Part shown: one piece after another, positions 49,962 through 64,000 of the stretch
Numbering within the stretch: the stretch's first letter is position 1
Layout: each line of letters starts with the position of its first letter
Assembly (NCBI RefSeq): GCF_006345805.1
Contig: NC_043004.1
Coordinates: forward strand, 82,832,001-82,896,000
From: Octopus sinensis
Lineage: Eukaryota
Length of the DNA: 64,000 nt
Direction: 5' to 3'
Notes under the pieces: model-generated
Told to the model about the DNA's origin: nothing
The model's input: the letters and a program-made list of their open reading frames with translations, nothing else
The model's database searches: none
Translations under genes and position numbers: made by a program

Positions 49962-50126
49962 AATAGATATAGATACAGATATAGCCTGTAGTCTACGTTG
50001 TCAATTCTGAACTGAAATTCCGAGACCTTGTCTCTTGGAATTAAATGAAAAAAATTCAGTGATTTGAAATTTGTGTGTCGGCAACATACTTGCAAGTGTA
50101 GCAATATGTAATTACATAACTAAAAC

Positions 50127-50292
<166 letters not shown>

Positions 50293-50317
50293 GTCTGTCA
50301 GTCTGTCTGTCTCTCTG

Positions 50318-50378
<61 letters not shown>

Positions 50379-50915
50379 GTCTGTCAGTCTATATGTCTAT
50401 CTATATACACGACTGTGTTTATTTTAATGTGTATTTTCGAATATATACATACAGGTTAAGCAGCAACTTGGTGGAATAGTTAGAAGGCCGGTCAAAATAC
50501 TTGGCAGCATTTATTCCGTCTTTACGTTCTTCTGAGCTAAAATTCCGCCAATGTCGAATTTGCCTGTCTTCCATTCCAGCTTGATAAAATAAGTAGCAAA
50601 TGAGCGATGGGCTCTATACAATCATCTTACCCGCTACCCGACTTCACGGTATGCTTGAAACCTGGAAGCCATCATTCACTTTTAGCACACTCATATTCCA
50701 ATTTGGGGCTATTTATGAAAGAATTTATCATTTGCCATTATAATGCTCTATGATTAATCCGCTCCTTTTTTTCGATACCCTCCAAGCTATTCCATCACAA
50801 CTCAGTCATAATAACTACACTTTTCATCCTTCATATTTTCACGATTGGTCATTACTTTTCCGAATCACAGATGGCATAAAACTTCAATATTTTCTCCCTT
50901 GCATATAGTTATGTA

Positions 50916-51141
50916 CAGGGTTGGCCAAATGTCTCCTGACAGCAAATCAAAACTATTTACTTCAGAAATTTATGTTCAACAACTGAATAGATTTAATAAA
51001 AGAATCTAAATATGAAACATCATGAAAACTGTTCAAACTTAAGTCCTCGAGTGATACATTTTGCCATTCGAGTTAATACAGAATTACAGATAGTATTAAT
51101 AGAATTTTGATTTACTGTCGGGTGACTTTTGACTAACCCTG
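50916..51141. mobile_element. 226-bp Tc1/mariner-type MITE
   Basis: ~37-bp imperfect TIRs CAGGGTTGGCCAAATGTCTCCTGACAGCAAATCAAAA / TTTTGATTTACTGTCGGGTGACTTTTGACTAACCCTG, TA on both sides. Confidence 0.8.
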
Positions 51142-53515
51142 TATATATGTATGTGTATTTATACACACGCACATACAATTCTATCTGAGTGTTTTAGGCG
51201 AACATATTACACTCCCCGCTGGTGAGTGTCCAGTTTTTAAAATCCCGATAGTTATTTTATAACTATGATTCTTTTGATTCTTATTAGTTTTGCGTAGCTT
51301 AAATTCAATCATCGATTTAATATTTATTACTATAAGATATAAACTTAGTTTATTTACTTAAAATTTCCGATTATATTTTTTTATATCTATACAATTGGAA
51401 GGGGGAAATAGATTCGCCTTTGAAGTTTTAGCTTGTGCAGAGCCCTGATAGCGAGTTACTGTGAGATAATCTATTCTATACCAACCTTGCAGAATTAAAC
51501 ATTTTCACTTAGAGGAAAAGAATACACACAGAGAAAAAGAATACATACAATAAACAAAACATATTCTTTTTCTTACAAGTTACATCAATCTTAAAATTTG
51601 TGAAATTTTGTGTTTTTAACACTTCACAGTGATTAACCGTTTCTGAAAACAAAACATAATGAAAAAAACAAATGAATTGGAATCAAATGAAAATAATGCA
51701 AAAGAAAATGCGAATTGGTTGGATAAATGTTTATTTATACACCGTCATTTATAAAGATATAATATTATAATGCAGCAAAATTATTACGTTGCGATACTTG
51801 TAATTAGTTTACGGTTAATACTTCGTAAATTCGTAATGCTTGTATGTTTATAATAGCGTGGGGTTCATTACATAAACCAACACTCAATGTGGATAGCCGT
51901 TTCCTTCGTTAGTCGACAGTATTGCAGACAAATGAAATAAACCAGCTTTTCAGCGATTTGACTGTTTCAGGAAAGATGTGCCTCGCCACGAGTACATTTA
52001 CCACCTTTCATGGATATCTCACGATGGAAAGACAATCCCATTCGTTCGTAGCATTCATGGTACTTTGTGGGATAGCAGATAGATATTAAATATAACAGTA
52101 CCTATCTGCTTTAGTACCTCTCCTATAGGCTGTCTGTATATATTTACTTCCGTAATCGTTTTACACGCTTAACCCCTCCCATCTCACATACATACGCATA
52201 TTCAGATACCGACAAAAAACGAATGTATATATATGTTTCATTAAAGAGAAGATAATATCCAAATTTTAATGGTCTTTCGTTGCAAAATTTTCCATATTTG
52301 CCTGATAGTTTCTTATAGTTTATACTAATTCAAAAACCGGAGGTTTGATTGCAGTATCCTCCTGTTGCTATTTTTCCAGATAATTGAACAGTCCCATGTA
52401 TGAGTTCCATCTTTGGACAGACTACATAATTATGAATGCACAGCAAATATATATAACACAAACTTTCGATCATAGTGAAGGCCACGGGGAATCATTACAA
52501 ATAATGTTACACAAAAAATATATATTTGTGACCTTCATTCATAGAGATAATGAGATATTTATTATTCAGTCATTACTATATTGATTATAACCAACCAAAT
52601 CATCAACAAACTTTTATTTTTTTAAATATCATCAGAACCCTTAATTATATGGGAAGGTGCAAAATCAGGACCGAGTTTGAAACCGGAATATTTGACTAGG
52701 AAGACTAAATTGTTGATTCTTTTCTTTATTTTGATCCGTTGGAAAACCGATTATAGCAGCAACTCCATCTAAGAATATCTGAAGAAGGAATATTATTCCA
52801 AAATATCATCAGACTATGGATGACTAAATTACAACAGGTATATAGCCCATTGTCTGTATTATAGTGAATTGTTGCACTATTCAAAACATCTTATTATTTA
52901 CAAACAATACACAATGCTTCAAGCGAACTACAATACTTTCGATCTTTTGTTGTTCTGATTAAGCTAGGCTGTTGATTCAGTTCACTTATATAATATTTTT
53001 ACCTTATTTTTCAGAAATTTACATTTAACTATATATATACAATTGTTTGCATATGTATATACATATATATACATGATACATGTAGAGGATATGGTTGTTT
53101 TAAACTCTATATGGATATCACTGCCGCCTGAAGTTCTAGAACAAAAAGCTCGGAATCTTAATTAAATAAATATCTTATTACCTGTACGAATGAGGGTCAT
53201 AAATATATTGTTTTTTTAACATTATATATGTATATTTAATAAATAAAAAATAAAAAAATTAATTAATTAATTAAAAAATAAAAAATAAAAATAAATATAT
53301 ATATATATATATATATGTATATAAATACATATATAGATAAAAATTTATAAATATAAATTAGTAATTTTAAATTTTTAACTTTAAATTTAAATAATTTAAA
53401 TTTTGAATTTTATATTTTATATATTTTGTATATTGTATTAATGAATTTTATTTCTATGTTTTGGTTTATGTTTTTCACTGTTTGATTTGCCTAACAGTGT
53501 TTTGTCTCTTATTTA

Positions 53516-53600
<85 letters not shown>

Positions 53601-53662
53601 CACGTGTAGCAGTATTAGTAGTAGTAGTATCAGCAGCAGCAGCAGTAGTAGTTGTAGTAGTT

Positions 53663-53705
<43 letters not shown>

Positions 53706-53709
53706 CAGC

Positions 53710-53747
<38 letters not shown>

Positions 53748-54076
53748 CAGCCGCAGCAGTAGTAGTAGTAGTAGTAAAATACCAAGAAAATGGAGAGTTT
53801 GATACAGCAAATTGCATTTATTTACATTACTCGATTATTTAATGTCTACGATCGCTTAAATATCCACCATTTATTTTCACAATTAACAATTGCCTTATGA
53901 GTTCAGGAGGCAGAAATCTCTGTAGGGTCATAAATTGACGTATTTATCTTTACAGATTGAGTGTTCAGTATAGAGTCAGATAGTTCCATGCGTTTTTAAT
54001 TCCAGAGACAAATTCCAGTAAATTCACAGATATAGATGAACTGGGTTTTTGACCCTTCTCTGTCTATCTGCCTCTG

Positions 54077-54107
<31 letters not shown>

Positions 54108-54325
54108 GTTTCTCACACACACAATCTATATATATATATATATAGAGAGAGAGGCACATCTACATAAATACTTATATACATATTCACATGAATACATACA
54201 GGTAGAGTAACATACATAATATTTGAATGCTTGCAAGCATACATACACATAATCAATTTACAAATCCATTTAATTCTTCGTTTCAGTTTGAGAAATTAGA
54301 CTTTCTCGTATAATGTCTGCCACTT

Positions 54326-54379
54326 CTAACTCCTTGTCTGATACGCCACTATGGAATAGGTGATGATGCTTCCAATGAG
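54326..54379 (-). CDS. GRL-F exon 4 (TM7b, LIGSIITYSIVAYQTRS*)
   Basis: atatattgcAG|CTC acceptor, TY-x5-Q motif, TAG at 54328-54326. Confidence 0.88.
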   Translation of the reverse strand, partial: LIGSIITYSIVAYQTRS

Positions 54380-55003
54380 CTGCAATATATAATATATAAC
54401 CGAGTATTAACAATGACTAATAATTGTGTATATATCGTAATTATATAAATGTGATACTATTTTTATAATGCTTTTATAGAAGTTAAGTTATTCACGTTTA
54501 ATTTAAACATTTATATACAGAACATTTATATATAGATGTATAAAATACCTTTTATACATCATATATTTTATCTGTTACTGAACTGTTGCCTTTCTTGAAA
54601 GACACCACGAAGGTTTTAGACGAATAACTCAAGTGCAATACTAATTTTCCAAGCCTAGTACTTATCGGAATGCTAGTCTTTGACCACCCGCAAATTTATG
54701 AGTACGTAGTAAGCCAATGCCGGTTGTTCAACGGCAAACAGCCAAAGACGTTCACACGTACATACCTACATACGCATACACAAGCACGCACACACACATA
54801 CAAACATATACGTATACGACGGGCTTCTTTCAGTTTCCGTCTACCAAATCTACTCAAAAGGCTTTGGGCGGCCCGAAGCTATAGTAATAGCCACTTGCCC
54901 AACGTGTCACGCAGTAGGGCTGTACCCGTAACCATGTGTTTGGTAAGCAAGCTATTTACCACATTGCCTCTCCAGCGCATATATATATATATATATGTAT
55001 ATA

Positions 55004-55115
<112 letters not shown>

Positions 55116-55353
55116 CGGAGGGATTCCATATAGTTTCCAGCTATCAAACACATTCACAGGACAAAGTTTTTGAATTCTAAAGTACGTAATTCAAAAGCGA
55201 CTAGTTTAACCTCACCGCCATACATGTGTGTATTATGAGCTTTACAACATGATTTTTTATATTAAGGACTCAGAAAATAGACTATTTGAGTAATCGTATA
55301 TTCTGAAAGTGTTTGGAATGAAATTTTGAAAGAAATTTAGAAAGCATAATACT

Positions 55354-55375
<22 letters not shown>

Positions 55376-55416
<41 letters not shown>

Positions 55417-55809
55417 GAGAGAGAGAGTGAAAGAGAGACTGAGAGATAGACAGAAAGAGGAGAGGTGAGAGATGAAGATCACATTTTAAATATGGTAAAC
55501 CACGGGAGAAACATTAGCAGATTTGTCAGCAGACTCCAGCACTGGAAAATTTTTTTCTATACAGTATTTTAATGAGAATAAGTAAACTGCAATATCACTT
55601 TACTTATTCTCATTAAAATACTGTATAGAAAAAAATTTTCCAGTGCTGGAGTCTGCTGACAAATCTGCTAATGCTTCTCCCGTGGTTTACCATATTTAAA
55701 ATGTGATCTTCATCTCTCACCTCTCCTCTTTCTGTCTATCTCTCAGTCTCTCTTTCACTCTCTCTCTCTCTCACTCTCTCTCTCTCTCTCTCTCCCTCTC
55801 TCTCTCTCT
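55376..55809. repeat. ~430-bp near-perfect palindrome (~210-bp arms, 12-bp spacer) in GRL-F intron 3
   Basis: Arms end ...gagaataagtaaa|ctgcaatatcac|tttacttattctc...; one substitution in the unique part; the outer ends are (GA)n/(TC)n. Confidence 0.9.
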
Positions 55810-56249
55810 GCAGTTTGATATTGCAGTTTGTCTATGGCATATGGACTAATTTCTAAACACATAATCAGGAGTTTTCAAAGATCTGCATCTGATTATTCGA
55901 TTGATATTGTTAGCACTATTCTATAACTCAGCTGTATTGGTTGCATCAGTTAACTCTCAACTTCGTTTTTCAATAATATTTTCGTAAAGTTATTTTGTAA
56001 CTTCAAAATTTATAAATATATCTATATGTATACGTGGATTTATGGCAATTATCATAATGACGAATGGAATTAGAACGACTTTGTAATTGGTTAGCATTGT
56101 CTCGGAAAGTCAGTACGTCATATACATGTATACATATATTCATATATGCATATACATATTTATCTGTATATGCATAGACACCTCCCCCCAGTCTAATTGT
56201 AAATTCAATAATGTAGATGAGATTTCTAGTCGTAAAAGAATTATTGATA

Positions 56250-57400
56250 AGAAACATAACTTACGCACCGATACAGAGCGAATGAAGGCAGATAACCCTT
56301 ATTTATTCCCCTATTACCGATCTAAAAGTATATATAACACCTTCAAAAGTAATTACGCTATGAATACTAGTAAGAATATTTGGTTAATAATTCCTTACGG
56401 GAGACAAATTAAATCTAATCTCCCACTGCTGTTTCGTTAAGCTATTGCTAGGAATTTTCCAAATAATTCTAGATATTACTCTATAATTAATTCACATAAG
56501 GTTAGGATAGGTTTTTCAAACACAAAAAATCTCTTGCAAATTATATCTTCTCATAATAACAAACTGTTAAATATTAATACATTTACTAATACTAACATTA
56601 ATTTAGCTAATACCATCCAACCCTCTAGAAATATTAATAACAAGGTTATTGCATCTGAAGTCAATTCCAATAGAATTAAGTTTATGTCAAGTAACTCTAA
56701 GATTAAAAATTCTATATACCAGTGTATAATCACTACTCGTAATAAAGTACGATTTTACATTGGAAGCACATCGTTAGAGTTATCTAAGAGAATTTCTATC
56801 CATTACTCAACATTTAGGGATAGAAATAAACGGAATAGTACCGGTCTCAGCAAACTGATTTGGGATTTAAAAGACCACAATGAACAATTTCATTTAGAAT
56901 GGTTGATCCTCTCAATTTCGATACCATATGACAAAGGCAAGAAATTCTGTCTTCTCTGCAATTCTGAGCTATTTTTCATTATTTTGTTTTCTAAAAATAC
57001 TCTAGTAAACACGGTTATAGAACGAGCATACAGATGTAAGCATTGGCAGAAACATACTTTTAGTGCATATAAGTAGTCTCTATCATTATATATAGTTTAG
57101 ACTTTAATTTCCTTTATATTTAACATTCACTATTAATATCCCTACTCTTTCTGTTAGCTACTTATGACGTTATATCATATAACGTTTTTTTAAACAATAT
57201 TAATAGCGTTCTGTCTATCGCTATACGAATCCATTATTTTTTGCTAAAATGTCGTATTGACAAGTTTCGTTTTTTCACTTTCCCGAAGAGAAGATTGCAT
57301 TGTTTATACCTTTTATTCTTTTGAATAAGTATCAGTGGAATTTTTGAAACATATGTAGAAAGTAAAAATACTTGTTTAAACCTGCGTTAACTCCATTTTT
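56250..57400 (+). mobile_element. Penelope-like element 3' portion: GIY-YIG endonuclease plus pLTR
   Basis: ORF 56534-57076 (IYQC...FYIGST...RI..H...F...NSTGLSK.IW.LK...W.I...C.LC..E...RC.H); upstream IIPYG...NFP...IINSHKVRIGFSN..N...IISSHN.KLL linker; pLTR hammerhead motif at 57277-57363. Confidence 0.85.
57277..57363 (+). ncRNA. Hammerhead motif in the Penelope pLTR, with a U4-to-C core change (probably impaired)
   Basis: ACTTTC-CCGAAGA-GAAGA...TTTTT-GAAAC-ATAT-GTA-GAAAGT; a 5'-truncated copy with GUC triplet lies on the minus strand at ~16270-16385. Confidence 0.55.
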
Positions 57401-57402
57401 TA

Positions 57403-57445
<43 letters not shown>

Positions 57446-57554
57446 GATAAAAATGTCGAAAATAGTTTGGTATGTTTGTGAATAAATCTATTTTAAACAT
57501 CTACACATATTTCAAATTTGGGTGCAATATCAAACCCCTAAACAAATTTTCACA

Positions 57555-57596
<42 letters not shown>

Positions 57597-57612
57597 AATA
57601 TATAAAAATATG

Positions 57613-57687
<75 letters not shown>

Positions 57688-57688
57688 C

Positions 57689-57724
<36 letters not shown>

Positions 57725-57867
57725 TTACGCACACATATTTGTGTATGTTCTGAGCATGCTAGAGTGAGACAGACATCAGGAAGATACACTGAAGCAGATA
57801 AAAGCAACGAGTAACATAGACACTTCTCAACTTGTTATAAAATATAATAAAATTAATGAAATTTTAC

Positions 57868-57957
57868 CGTGAGTACAGAAGCTGGATTGATCACAAAACA
57901 ACCACCTATACTTATTCCAATTTGCTCTGATGTCAATCGGTGGAGGAAAAACGAGAG
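57868..57957 (-). CDS. GRL-F exon 3 (30 aa, LSFFLHRLTSEQIGISIGGCFVINPASVLT)
   Basis: ttatactgcAG|CTC ... ACG|GTAAAA; 90 bp, phase 0/0; shares L.RL..E..I..GGCFVI.P.S.LT with GRL-D exon 3. Confidence 0.92.
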
Positions 57958-58464
57958 CTGCAGTATAAACAGATAATAACATATTACTACAATAGATTAT
58001 GATATGATGCTTGGAGAAATATTTAGGGCATCGCTAAATATACCTTCTTATATGTGGTTCCATTACATTGAAAATCTGTTTTCTTTAGGGATTGTATTCA
58101 TGCACATCATTTTCAGGGAGGATAGAACAGTTACCATCATCATTCTAAGATTGCTTTAATCCACTTCTTCAACTCATAAATATATTAACTGGTCATATGC
58201 GTTACCTCATTAAATGCCGAATCTAAAATATGATATTTACTTGTCCGTATATACATACAAACGCCCATTTATGTATGTATGCATATATGCACATGTATAA
58301 ACATACATTCATACTGACATACATACATATATCTGCCTATCTACGTTTCTGTCTATACACACACATACACATGCATACATACAAGCAATATATATATATA
58401 TATACACGCACACACACACACACTCACACACACACACACATATATACACACACACACACACACA

Positions 58465-58500
<36 letters not shown>

Positions 58501-59483
58501 AGAGATATGTATATATATAATAAAATAAGAAAATAGAGATGATTAAATTAACAATCATTTATTAATTACAAAATTTGGACTTCATCCTTGAGAGCTGTGT
58601 CGGTTCAATTTTTCACCAATTAATTAGTATAATTAAAAATTTACAAAATTAGGTTGAATCTCATAGGTGGTGGCAAAAGATATACATTTACATCTTCAAA
58701 TTTAATGTGTACCAACCTAAAACGATGCATCGCCTGAATCATTAAAACATTAGACGTGAAACTTTAATCATTTTATACCCGTACTTATGGTCTGAGTTCA
58801 AATCCTGCAGTTCATAACTTAGTAGATTTACTTTATTACTTTAAATATGCAGCGCCACCAAGCTTACGAACGTCTTTTGTTAAAGCTGAGGAATCTAATA
58901 TGCTGCAATCATTCCGAACAAATCCTCAATGTATGGCAAACTTCGGTAATCTTTCGTAATGCATACTCAAGAAAGCACCACAAAATTTATGAGAAGTGAC
59001 TTTCATTTCTGCTTAAATGATTAAAATATCTAATTGGTGGTATTACATTGACAAATTGGAGACATGTCAGACAGTAAAAGGTAAATGATTGATAAATTAA
59101 AACAGTCTCCATCTCGAAACGATGTATCTTAATTAATAAATTGCAATTAAGGCCAGCGCAACTTGCGAAAGAGATTTAAACTAAAAAAATCTGAATCTCC
59201 AAAATGGACATGTTAAGAAAAGCGAAAGACACTGTCTGGCGACAAAAAGTAAGTTATGGACATAGATTTTTGGCTCTATAGCTGACATTAGCACAACAGC
59301 TAACAGCACGACAGATAAATAGCCTTATATCCAGTAGACAAATGACACAGTATCAGCCAATGTGATTTTCATACCTTCCGCTATTCAGATCCTTTCCTCC
59401 ATTCAAAACACATTTACTTTTTAGTGAAGCGATTTACACCATTGCTAATTCTCAAGTATTATAAGTATTTAGAATATACGAAC

Positions 59484-59552
59484 CTTTATTATAGCTTCGT
59501 GTGATAAGTCATGCAGTGGCATTGCGTAAATATGGTCCACCAGCTGATGAGC
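59484..59552 (-). CDS. GRL-F exon 2 (23 aa, AHQLVDHIYAMPLHDLSHEAIIK)
   Basis: ttttctcactacatttAG|GCT ... AAG|GTTCGT; 69 bp, phase 0/0. Confidence 0.87.
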
Positions 59553-59887
59553 CTAAATGTAGTGAGAAAAATTTATAAATAATATATTGAAAGAGTAAAA
59601 AAAAAAAAACGATGAAAAGTTAATAAAGAGGAGCGGTGTGATGGAGAAAGCCATTTAAATAAGACGAAGTTCATTCGATCGGTTTTGGGGCGAATAATCT
59701 CTGTAAAAAGATTTTAAAATGTTATAAATTAATTATAAATTAGTAATTCAATATAAGTTAAAATACAACAGAAATTACATTAGTTTCCCAAATTATTCCA
59801 CATTAAGTATCTATCTATCTATATATCTGTCTAGCTATCGCTATGTATATATATATGTATAAATATATATATGTATGTGTATGTATG

Positions 59888-59988
<101 letters not shown>

Positions 59989-61587
59989 TATTGGAGAAGG
60001 AATGAGAAATGTGAGGGTATGGCTCAATGTAGGTTCCAGAGGATGTTTTTCCTTTTATTGAAACTGGAACGGAGAGTTTTTCTTGTGACTTGAGTTCCAG
60101 TTTCAATTAAGAGTATCTAACGAGTTGCTTCTCAGCCACACAGATCCTAGTTCAGATCCCCTGTATAGCACCTTAATCAAGCATCTTCCGTTATAACCTC
60201 GGACCGACTGGAGCTTTGTCAGTGCATTTGGTAGAGAGAGAATATAAAAGTATACATACATACATTCCCAAAATTCTTAATCATAGATTATCATTACCGA
60301 ACAGATGCTGTCATTTGGGTATATACATCAACAGTTCAACAAACACTCCAACTCTCAACATATTTATAAACACCGGGAAGTCTCTTAATTCCTAATGACG
60401 TGACGCTTTGTTAGTGCTTCAGCTCTTTCATGAAGAACTAGAATTAAACCCAAAGAAAAAACATACAAGCATGTATGCATGTGTGAATGTGCGTGTGTGT
60501 GTGTGTGTGTGTGTGTGCATGCGCGCGTGTTTGTGTATCCCTATGCATACACACAAATTACTGCACGCTCATACACAGCTATTCTCTGCCTTTGTTTCTC
60601 ACACGTATACATATATCAACACTTAGATAAATAAGAAATCATTTACATAACTAAAATCAAGTAGCTGTACATCAGGGTCATTGTTAACATAGACCGCCTT
60701 TACGGCCGTGTTTCAAGCATCCTCTCTCTTTGCTTTCATGTGAAACAAACGACAACATATTCAATATAATAACCTTCTTAAATTACTTGCTCGACCTAAT
60801 GTCGTAAAATTCAAAATGACATTATGCATTCCCGGAACGATTATTATAAAGGTGTTTGTACAGTTACCAATGAGGAAATTACATTTATTGCCATATACGC
60901 AAATCCGAATTCTAATTATGCCTGCATGGTTATAAGACGTTATAGCACAGGCGTCTTCATCACTGATTCGAGGCTGAGTTATTTGATTTGAAACGTTTTA
61001 ATATTTCGCTCGTTTAACGCGGCTAGCTGACAGAATCGTTAACACACAAGGTTAAATTCTTAGCGATATTTTGTCCCACTCTACGTTCTTCTGAGTTCAA
61101 ATGTCGTCGAGGTCGACTTTGTCTTTCATCCTTTCGAGATTGATAACATAATTACCAGTAGAATTCACATGTCCACTACCCCGATTTTCCTGGCATTGTG
61201 CCAAAATGTGAACGCAAATTTTTCACCTTGTAATATTTTTTTCATTCTTCCATTCGTGTGTTTTTGCTTAAGTTTGTGAGAATTTTTTTTACTATGTTGA
61301 AGGGAGGAGGAATGCTTATGTCAGGCTTGTTCATTTAATAAATTACAAGTTCTCGCTCGTCTCTCTCTATGTATCACTCTTTCTGTCTTCTCTGCGTGCA
61401 CATGCGTATCTTTGTTTACCTCCAGTGCAAAAAACAAATGTCAGCCGCACAGATTCCTTGTCCATTCAGCCGCCCCAGATCAGTAGGATCTAAACCAGCT
61501 GCATCACCCATTTCCTTGTCAGTTCATCCCGTAAATAACAATACCGCAATACCTAAGATAGTAATAAATACTACTCCAGAAGATTGC

Positions 61588-62630
61588 AGGCCGTCACAAA
61601 GGTGAGGGAGACAGTCGTCAGAGACTCTCTTTGCTGACGACTGCGCCCTTAACGCAATCGATGAGCAGGAGATGCAACTCGGGATGGACAGGTTCTCATC
61701 AGCCTGTGACAACTTCGGTCTCACCATCAGTGTCAAGAAAACCGAAGTGATGTTTCAGCCAGCCCCCGGCAAACAATACCATGATCCTCAGATAAAGGTG
61801 AACGGACGGATCCTACGAGCGGTGGAAAACTTCACCTAACTGAGCAGCACTCTCTGCTGCAATGCCAACATAGATGCTGAAATCATCAACAGAATCTCCA
61901 AGGCAAGCAGCGCATTTGGGAGACTGCGAAAGAAAGTCTGGGAGCGGAGAGGAATCAGCCTCAACACCAAGCTGAAAGTCTACCGGGCAGTCGTGCTTAC
62001 CACCCTACTATACGGCTGCGAGACGTGGACTGCTTACCGAAGGCACGAGCGCCAGATAAACCACTTCCATCTCAGGTGTCTTCGGAACCTCCTTCACATC
62101 CGCTGGCAGGACAAAGTCCCAGACACGGAAGTTCTGAAGCAGGCAGATCTCCCTAGCACCATCACGATCATGCGCAAGGCCCAGCTGAGATGGGCAGGCC
62201 ACGTCTCCCGCATGTCCGACATTCGCATCCCAAAACAGCTCTTCTACGGTGAACTCAGCCAGGGCAAACGCAAAGTCGGAGGGCAAAAGAAGCGCTTCAA
62301 GGACAGTCTCAAAGTCTCTCTCACGGACTTCTCCATCGGCACAGAGACTTGGGAGACACTTGCTGCCGACCGCTCATCTTGGCGCAGCGCAATCATCACA
62401 GGAGCAAAGACAGCCGAGGAGAGACGGATTCAGTCAGCAGAACAGAAACGCCAGATGCGGAAAGCCAGAGCCACCTGCACCAATAGCACAGCCCCTACCC
62501 ACTTCTGCCCCACCTGTGGGAGGGGCTTTCTTGCCCGGATCGGCCTCACCAGCCACCTCCGGTCTCATAGCAGCAATTCCACCAAATGATGTCAATGGTC
62601 ATCTTCGAACCCGAAGGACGAACATTATTA
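61588..62630 (+). mobile_element. 3' fragment of an RTE (BovB-like) LINE
   Basis: LFADDCAL...GLTISVKKTEVM...LLYGCETW...QLRWAGHV...C..CGR.F..RIGL.SH.R.H; one in-frame stop near 61837. Confidence 0.88.
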
Positions 62631-63524
62631 TTAATAAATACTAGAAAATTAATTTAATGTAATGATTGTTGTTTGTTCCTTCTCGAGCCATGCCTGGCTC
62701 ATAAGGGCCGGTTTTTCAATTTGTGGGCGTATAGGTTCCCCACCTGGTCGGGACGCCGGTCCGTCGCAGGTGAGCTGCAAGATGTAGGAGAAAAGAGTAA
62801 GAGAAAGATGTGGCGGAAGAGTCAGCAGAAGTTCGCCATTACCTTCTTATTTTTTTACTGCCCACAAGGAGCCAAACATAGATGGGACAAACAAGGACAG
62901 ACAAAGAGATTAAGTCGATTACATCGACCCCAGTACGTACTGGTACTTAGTTTATCGACCTCGAAAGGATGAAAGGCAAAGTCGACCTGGGCGGAATTTG
63001 AACACAGAACGTAACGGCAGACGAAGTACCTATTTCTTTACTACCTACAAGGGGCTAAACACAGAGAGGACAAACAAGGACAGACAAACGGATTAAGTCG
63101 ATTACACCGACCCCAGTGCGTAGCTGGTACTTATTTAATCGACCCTGAAAGGATGAAAGGCAAAGTCGGCCTCGGCGGAATTTGAACTCAGAACGTAGCG
63201 GCAGACAAAATACCGCTAAGCATTTCGCCCGGCGTGCTAACGTTTCTGCCAGCTCGCCACCTTATTTCGCCATTACCTTCTGCCGGACCCGCATGGAGCC
63301 TTGGTGTTTCGCTCATCAACACACACATCGCCCGGTCTGAGATTCGAACCCGCGATCCCTCGACCAAGAGTCCGCTGCTCTAACCACTAGGCCACGTGCC
63401 TCCACTAATGTAACGATAGTGTGTCAAAAAGGAAACAGCACATAGGAATACCATAGTATTTTTCTAGGTTTCCAAGTATTATATAAGTCGGCGGGGGATG
63501 TATGTAGAATATTTATATATTTAC

Positions 63525-64000
63525 CTTTGAATTGATTTGTAATCCGTTGTATATTAATAGTATGCTATAAATTCCATTCAATGATCCGAAAATGATCTGA
63601 AGTGCGTAAATGGTTGGGGTTTGTACCTGCCTCGCAACTTCGTTTACTATAAGGCAACAAATAACCAATGAACTCACAACAGCGATAGCAGATGAATATT
63701 GAAGAACTGCATTCATATATTTTAATAAATCGCAGAGCTTGCCATGATTATTTATTATCTCAGTTAGATCTTCGTTGCAAGTAACTCTTGTATGATTTTC
63801 TTTATATTCGTTCAAAATATTTAGGAACATCTGCGTTATATGTTTAAATTCATTTGTTACAAGTAATAGGAATGTATGAAGACTTACATTCCAAGCTGAT
63901 TGAAGAAAAAAGACCCAGATATTTGTAATACAATTCAAAACTAACATAATATTATAACTGAAAGATTTGTGATTTTCAGTTTGTATAGGATATGTTAATA
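63525..64000 (-). CDS. GRL-F exon 1, 3' part (TM4-TM6); runs off the window end
   Basis: Frame open from 63998 (LTYPIQTENHK...) through NEFKHI and HGKLCDLLKYMNAVLQ to NGLQINSK; donor AAG|GTAAAT at 63525/63524. Confidence 0.88.

Overview
AT-rich, microsatellite-laden eukaryotic DNA whose SINE/LINE/Penelope content looks like an octopus (coleoid cephalopod) genome; the species is inferred, not proven. The long microsatellite ORFs in the track (IYIYIY etc.) are noise. The main content is an intron-split cluster of six loci encoding seven-transmembrane proteins with the exon architecture and TM7 signature (TY-x5-Q) of the insect gustatory/odorant receptor superfamily (GR-like, GRL / 7TM ion channels). 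In order: the last exon of GRL-A (1630-1686, +); pseudogene GRL-B (10321-11048, +); a 5' remnant GRL-C (14565-14672, +); a complete 4-exon, 390-aa gene GRL-D (19679-34987, +); an intact 333-codon first exon GRL-E (43742-44740, -) whose downstream exons I could not find; and GRL-F (54326->64000, -), whose exons 2-4 are recoverable with the same 69/90-bp phase-0 exons as GRL-D. The introns and spacers hold a near-full-length Dong/R4-type RLE retrotransposon and truncated relatives stacked in (TAA)n arrays, RTE/CR1/Tx1 fragments, Penelope remnants with several hammerhead-ribozyme motifs, tRNA-derived SINEs, MITEs, long palindromes and a 4-copy ~1.2-1.6 kb tandem array.
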